Assembly: GCA_965649765.1 (NCBI GenBank)
Contig: OZ287752.1
Location: forward strand, 10,664,001 to 10,728,000
Reading direction: 5' to 3'
Source of the DNA: Bispira polyomma
Lineage: Eukaryota
DNA: 64,000 nt
Shown here: one piece after another, positions 57,386-64,000 of the stretch
Position numbering within the stretch: position 1 is the first letter of the stretch
Layout: the number at the start of each line of letters is the position of its first letter
The notes under the pieces: model-generated
Told to the model about the DNA's origin: nothing
Seen by the model: the letters and a program-made list of their open reading frames with translations, nothing else
The model's database searches: none
Program-made: the position numbers and the translations under genes

Positions 57386-60355
57386 CAAATCCTACGATAT
57401 CTAAATACTCCTGTTAAATGGCAATATAATTTAATATTTTGTTCAAATCCTTCATATTTATTTAGTATTATTTTAATGGTTAAGTGGACACTTGTAAAGT
57501 TTGAATGACATGACAGTACATGTGAACATAAACACCCGAAATCAGTCCCAAACGATGTGCAACTCTATTCAAATTACAAAAGTATTGTAAAATATTAACA
57601 AATAAAAATGTTGGGGCATCTGTCAGGAATGGGGCTTTATTCGAATGAATATGGTATATTTATCATACACGGGGATACAATACTGATGAACAAACTGAAG
57701 ACTGATTACTGGGGTAATATGTCTACGTTACACAAAACACAAGTTTGATGCAAAACAATTTAAAGCACAAGTACCAGATAAAAAATATCACTAGTCATCT
57801 TACATAAAAGGAGGTAATATTTACAACTTCAAATTTTAGTCAACCTTAATGTTTGCATATATTGTGACTTTAGTTTCATTCGATATTATAAATATGTAAT
57901 TTCTACTTGAAAAAAAGTAAATAGAAAATAACACAAGTTAAGCTCAAATCACAACTTTCATACACATGTTAAATAAAAAGTGGTTACAAGAAAGCCTTTA
58001 AAACATTCAACGGTCCTAACCTACACAACAGTATAAGGGTAATTTCTGAATATAACCCAAATGGACAAAGAGGGATTAAAAAAAGGTCTTTGAAAGCTCA
58101 TACCAGCTACTTTATCTTACAGCTACTTTATCTAACAGATGAAAGACAAACTATATAGAGACATATGGAAGTTCAGGTTTCTTTTGAGGAAGCAGCTTTG
58201 AGAAATATTCTATATTCTGTTATTTCTAAAATATTCAGCATGACTAATTTATATAACATCCCCCCCACACACACACACCCCACACCCCTACACACCCATT
58301 TTCAAGGGTCTTATCAACTAAAACTGCTCAATATCATTTTAATCAGCAAATCTATTGAAATACATGCTATCTACTCTTTGTAATACACGGCCATTGCATA
58401 TTTTTTTTGTGCTTCTACAAAACAAAGAACATTGGCAGTTTTTCATTTGATGTCTATATGAATAATACATGTGCTCATGATTTACTGTAATAACAAAAAG
58501 TTAAAAGGGGTTTTGTTGATGGCAGCCCAACCCCAATTAGTTTAAATACATTCTATAAATACTACTGACGACCGGGGGCTTTTAAAGACGCAAATACTCG
58601 TCTATTAGGACTAAATTTCACAATTCAACCATCACTTAGAAGCCAATAATGGGATTCATTATCTCTGCAAATATCCCACACTGGGTGTCATAAATATAGA
58701 AAACCTTCCCTTTATAAGCTCCGAATACATTGCTTAAAACTAATCTTTTTTTAAAAGTTCTAGTCTTTGCTTCAGGAACAGTGGAATCCATTATAGACGA
58801 GATGCCGGGAAGAGACACAAAACAATACAATTATTTGCTGGTTACTCCAACATACCGGTTGCGATCTCGATATCGTCCATGCTCACAAAGGCACCCAACC
58901 ACAACTTTCGGGATTTTATGTAAATACTGCTCATTGACAAATTGTTTTAGGTGTGTTTTAGTTTACCCCGTTATAGAAATAAAACGGTAATATTCATTCA
59001 GTAACAGTTGGAGATGAAAACAACAATTTGAAAATGTGTCTGTGTTTTGCAAGGAATTATATGCATTTGTTTTTTGTTTTTGTTTATTTTACAAATCAAA
59101 TAGGTGAGTTTTATGTACTTCATGACATTTTATACTGTTAATACGGACTAAAATGAAAAACGCTCTCATTATCACCCATGCTTTCGTTATCGCCATCTCG
59201 TAATGACCTATGATCTCGCAAACGCCCACCCCCCACTTCATTGAAGTTTCTGGGTACTTCTGAGAGCGGAACCGGTAATTAAATACCAGGGCTTCCTCCA
59301 TATCTCCAAAGAAACTCAAAGTAAAGGAAATTTGTGATTTGTTTTAGCATATGAAAAGAACCTATACCTGTGACCATTCATTTCAATGAAGCTTTTAGCG
59401 CTGAATTCAAATATGCAGTCACATTTTAGTTTTAGTTTAAAAGTTGGCCACAAATATAACGTCTGATCTGTTGCAAATGTGATGTAAGAAAGGTATTATT
59501 AAATCTGTTGCAAATGTGATGTAAGAAAGGTTATATTAAATAAGGACTTATAAATTCGACCGACGTCGGCTGACATCGACCGAGAAAATTATGCTGAAAG
59601 GAAGCGTAGGCTTAGTGGAAGACAAAACTGACGAAACCGTTTGACTGCAAAAATTTATATAAAGTAGAATATTATTGTGGAAAATTGTCTATCGGTTAAT
59701 TTAATAAAAATTTTGCATAAAATTTTTTGTCAAAACACATTCAGATATAGCCACAGAATTTGACAGATCCAATGGTGAACATTATATCTTTACAAATCCT
59801 TAAGAGCTATTTTTTATAGCAAAAAACTAAAATCATCTGGTTAATAATACTAGAATTAAAAGTTACTTACGGCAAATCGAGCCAGTATGTTTGCCCCAGC
59901 ACCCTCACCAAAACATACCACTTCTCGAATCCTGAAAAACAGTAGAAACCCCAGTTAGGTAAAGGTATAAAGCTATGACATATTTGTGTTAATAAAAATA
60001 TATATGTGTAGAGAAAGGAATCCAACATATGCCACTGTATCTTATCAATACTAACTGGTGAAAAATTTAGGTAAGACAAAATAGTCACGAACATCTCAGT
60101 TTTAGCAAATATTAACCACAATTCTACCAAAAACACAATTTTTTGGTGGCGAATTTTACACTTCAGACACAGTGGCAAATTTTAGATTCCTTACTGTACA
60201 TTTATATTTTTTTTAATTTTTCGCGGGGATGGGGGGGGGGGGTGAATTTTGGTATAAATGTTCTAAATGTTAAGCACACTTCATCCGCTCATATTTAAAG
60301 AACTGAGCCACTTCAAAATGTGTGTTTTATAATAGGCATTATGAAATCTCTATTA

Positions 60356-60552
60356 CAGTAGAATCTCTATTATCCAAACTTCTATTATCCGAAAATTTGA
60401 TTTTTTTTTATAAAGATACTTTCTATATTCCTATATTTACATTTTCCTATTGTTTTGTACTAAAATTTCTCTTCTATTTTATGAACGTTCGATTATCCAC
60501 ACGCAAAAGAACTTGCCATCCTAACATGTTCGGATAACAGAGGTTCAAACTG
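60356..60552. mobile_element. CAGTAGAACCTC-family MITE
   Basis: cagtagaatctctattatcc / ggataacagaggttcaaactg, TA flanks. Confidence 0.7.
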
Positions 60553-61524
60553 TATTTAAGCTCACTTACAGGTGTAAAATAGAGGCAAAAGTGAAAACCC
60601 AAAAAAGTGTAGCTTAGTAATTAAATAAACAACCCTACTCTGTGTCAGTATTAATGTATCAATATGTACTCTATAAATGAGTATGTAAACCATATGTTTG
60701 ATTGTGACAATAGATTCTAGTAAGTAAACAACCCAGTCAATCAGCTAATTTTTTTTTTGTATTCTCTGATGTGCTTCCCATACTTAACTTATAAAAAAAA
60801 ACAGTGAATATAACATTTGTTTTCAAAATAAACATGTGTTCATTCCCATCTAAAAAAATGTCAATCAGTGGCAATAAAGAAAAACCCCTTCCATCCATAT
60901 GGTGTGATATCGGATAAATGATTAGGATATCGGTTTATAGACCACTTCCCCTGCAGAATAATGTGTGTCCTTTAAGGCTGGTCTTTGGCTCTGATCACCA
61001 GACTTTCAAAGCTGTTCTCTTTCCTACCTCGCTGCGGCGCCTTTCATTTAGCAACCTTAAAGAGGGGGAAAAAGATAATTTCTGTTTCCTCTTGCTAAAC
61101 CTACCAAGAGAGCTGGATCTAGAGCTTTCTCTATTGCTGACCCTATGTTGTGGAATAGTCTCCCGGCTTAGCATAGCTCACCAGACAAATACTCCTTTTG
61201 AGCACAAAAGATTGACTTCTACTGACATAACTAAAAGCCATAGAAATAGATATATGAGCTTGTCCTTGACAACGCAAAGCAGTCACACATAGTGTGTGGC
61301 AATGGACAGCTCTTTCAGGGCCAACAATAATCCAATAGCAAAGGCTTAACTGCCACTTGTTTAGCAGCGGAGTTCCGGTCAGTGAGTAAATTAGAGGGGG
61401 GGGGGGGGGAGCTTCTGTAAAACATAATACCACCCACACACACCATAGCCTCATCACAGCTCACCAAATATCAGTACTGGGTAGACCTTAGTTATTTTAC
61501 CGTAAACGGTTCTATAGACTGCAA

Positions 61525-61963
61525 GACTTGGCAGCCATCTTGTTTTTCGGAATGGGCCCAAATACAATCCCAACCACGGTATTGACATGATACAGCTCTT
61601 CAACAAATTTGGTGATGACAGCTGCAATACTTTTACTTTAAATGTCCGGAAACCGTTTTCAAGATGGCGGCCATCTTGTTTTTCGGAATGGGCCCAAGTG
61701 CAATCCTACGCAAGCTATTTACGTGATACACCTCCACAACAAATTTGGTGATGATAGCTGCAATACTTTTTCTTTAAATGTCGGAATGGGCCCAAATACA
61801 ATCCCAACTAAGCTATTGACATGATACACCTCCACAACAAATTTGGTGATGATACCTCAAATAGTTTTCCTTTAAATGTCCGGAAACCTGTTTAAATGTT
61901 GACGGTCGAAAGTCGGACACATCAATCTAATAGGCGTGTTGGTTACATGCAACCCGCCCAAAA
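61525..61963. mobile_element. HINE-like element with internal tandem units
   Basis: Three units containing cggaatgggccc..caacaaatttggtgatga; terminal hairpin ggcgtgttg/caacccgcc; related to 14940-15280. Confidence 0.65.
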
Positions 61964-63062
61964 ATAACCTTAAATGGTCAAATAAATTGAATATAAATAA
62001 AAATATATATATGTTGTGGCCTATATTTTCAGTGTGGAAACCAGCACAGATAACACAATTTATTGTTGGCAAAGTTGATTTTTTTTATCCATATATGTGC
62101 ATTCTTCTGTATATCGCTAGTACTGTGAGTATAGAGTAACGAGGAGAGTAATGGGTGACGAGTAATCTAATTCACTTTAGGGTACTCCTGGCAGACCTAT
62201 TACTAAAACATTGTACAGACAGAGTCAAGCCAAAGACAAACTCTACTGAAAAGTGGCACGGATCTACAACATGGGGTCCAACAGCCCTGGAATGGTAGTT
62301 CAAATCAGTTATTTTTTCAATGCACTGTTTGTGTGTAAAACCAGGAGAACAATATGCATCCCCAGATAGGAAAGAGAAGATATGACCTGCAAAAAAAGCT
62401 TTGTGGGAGAGAGGAGTTCAGGATTGTTGTAGGATGTAATCTTGAAATTGTACACCAACATTTTAAAATAGTAACTGGGAAGACAGGTATAACCAGAGTG
62501 AGTTTCTCTCTTGATTAATAGCAACAACTAGTTGAAAAAATCTTCTAAACCAACAGTTCATTTCAAAATTAATGGATAAATTTGGCATCAACGTACACAA
62601 CGGTTTCGTGTTCTAATGGAATTGTTAAAGTTAAAGGCCTTTTAACTGATTTATAATAAATACATTAATTGGTTTTGTTTTGAAAACCAATAACTGGTCA
62701 AAAGAAAATTCTAAACCAACTGGACTTGTATACCCATCATTATAATACATCTTTGCAAGGCTACTAGTCCCAATTTAGAGGCAGTCAATGTTGTCTGCTG
62801 AGGTAGTGTCATTCACTTAGTGTCATATGGACAGCTTATATTGATTTCTAATAGACTCCAGGGCCTTAAGTAAACAAAGCCTCAATAGTTAGTGGGGGAG
62901 GTGAAAGCCTAGACCTTAATGTGCAAAAACAAAGAGAAAAAAACCCTCACAAATATAATATACCCATAGATCACCAGTCACCATCTTAAGGTACTCTGTT
63001 GAAAAACCACAACGAGCAAACAAAGACAGACTGTCGCAGCCAAATGTCAACCAAGGAGTTTA

Positions 63063-63548
63063 TGTGTCAGTCACACTGTCCACGTTCTAAAAGGTCGTTT
63101 TAACTTCCGATGTGAAGGACTTGTGTGGTCTGGAGGAAACGTCCAACATCTGGGCATAAACTGGTAAAATCGGTAAGAATGGGAGGCAGAGCTCGAAATT
63201 TTGAACATGTTCAAAACTTCCGTGGGTGGTCGGCTCAGAAAGCACATCTTGAGAGAACTGAAGAAAAGGGGTGTGGTCGGGGCTTAAACGGGGCATAAAC
63301 TGCTTAGAACTTGTGTGATCTGTTCAGAATTTGAGTAATTTGGTGTAATCTGGAGCAAACGTTACATGAACATGTGATAAACTGCTTAGATCTGGTCTGG
63401 TCTGGGCATAAATTTGTCATAAACTGATGACATCTGGTCAAAACTAATTAGAACATTTTCCCCCATTCTCTCCCGACCAGTCACGCTCTAATGATCTGGA
63501 GTAAACTGGTATAAGCGTGGCAAAAACTTGGACAGTGCGACTGCGACT
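63063..63548. mobile_element. PIF/Harbinger-like MITE
   Basis: cagtcacactgtccacgtt / aacttggacagtgcgactg inverted ends, TTA on both flanks. Confidence 0.55.
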
Positions 63549-63810
63549 TTACTTTACAAGTTTAACCAAAATAATAAGACCTCAAAATCAAACACTGAAA
63601 AAAACATGAGATTCACAAGTTATTTATACACAGACAGTATGATTTGGTGGGTGAATAAATATCAAGACAGACGAGTCTGACAAGTCATATGCTTTATAAG
63701 TTCCTTTCTGTCAATACAGGAGATTTCTATAAATACTACATAATATTATGCAAGAAAATGAAAGTACTTGTTTATGATTCTTCTTCTGTGTTGTGACTTT
63801 TAATAACTTG

Positions 63811-64000
63811 GCAGTACATTTTGTGTATTTACTGATATCGTTAAAAGTAGAACCTCCATTTTGTGTATTCACTGATATCATTAACAGTAGAACCTCCATT
63901 TTGTGTATTCACTGATATCGTTTAACAGTAGAACCTCCATTTTGTGTATTCACTGATATCGTTAACAGTAGAACCTCCATTTTGTGTATTCACTGATATC
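63811..64000. repeat. 40-bp tandem repeat containing the CAGTAGAACCTC MITE terminus; runs off the window
   Basis: cagtagaacctccattttgtgtattcactgatatcgttaa at 63845, 63885, 63926 and 63966. Confidence 0.92.

Noticed and set aside
55803-64000. Expected upstream Ndr exon (G-x-GAGAN-IL-x-RFA region)
   Set aside because: Not found by eye on the minus strand; probably beyond the window, so it was not called.

Overview
AT-rich, intron- and repeat-rich animal genomic DNA (invertebrate-like; the organism cannot be determined). Two convergent spliced genes are recognisable, both 5'-incomplete. (1) On +, 435-4488, the last seven exons of a tyrosine-kinase-family domain with degenerate catalytic motifs (HRD to HFQ, DFG to GFD), i.e. 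a pseudokinase. (2) On -, 55802-17251, nine exons of an NDRG/Ndr-family alpha/beta-hydrolase-fold protein (ZK1073.1-like). Its tail region is encoded by two paralogous duplicated exons (25174 and 19542), surrounded by RNA hairpins, UG/CA tracts and tandem repeats derived from splice junctions. The rest is non-autonomous mobile DNA: tRNA-SINEs, L2-type LINE relics (one with a 2A-like peptide and the RT deleted), Helentron-type elements, and Tc1/pogo-, hAT-, Kolobok-, MULE- and Harbinger-like MITEs, often nested, plus minisatellites. The supplied ORF track is almost entirely spurious or partial. All exon chains were assembled by hand from splice signals and reading frame.
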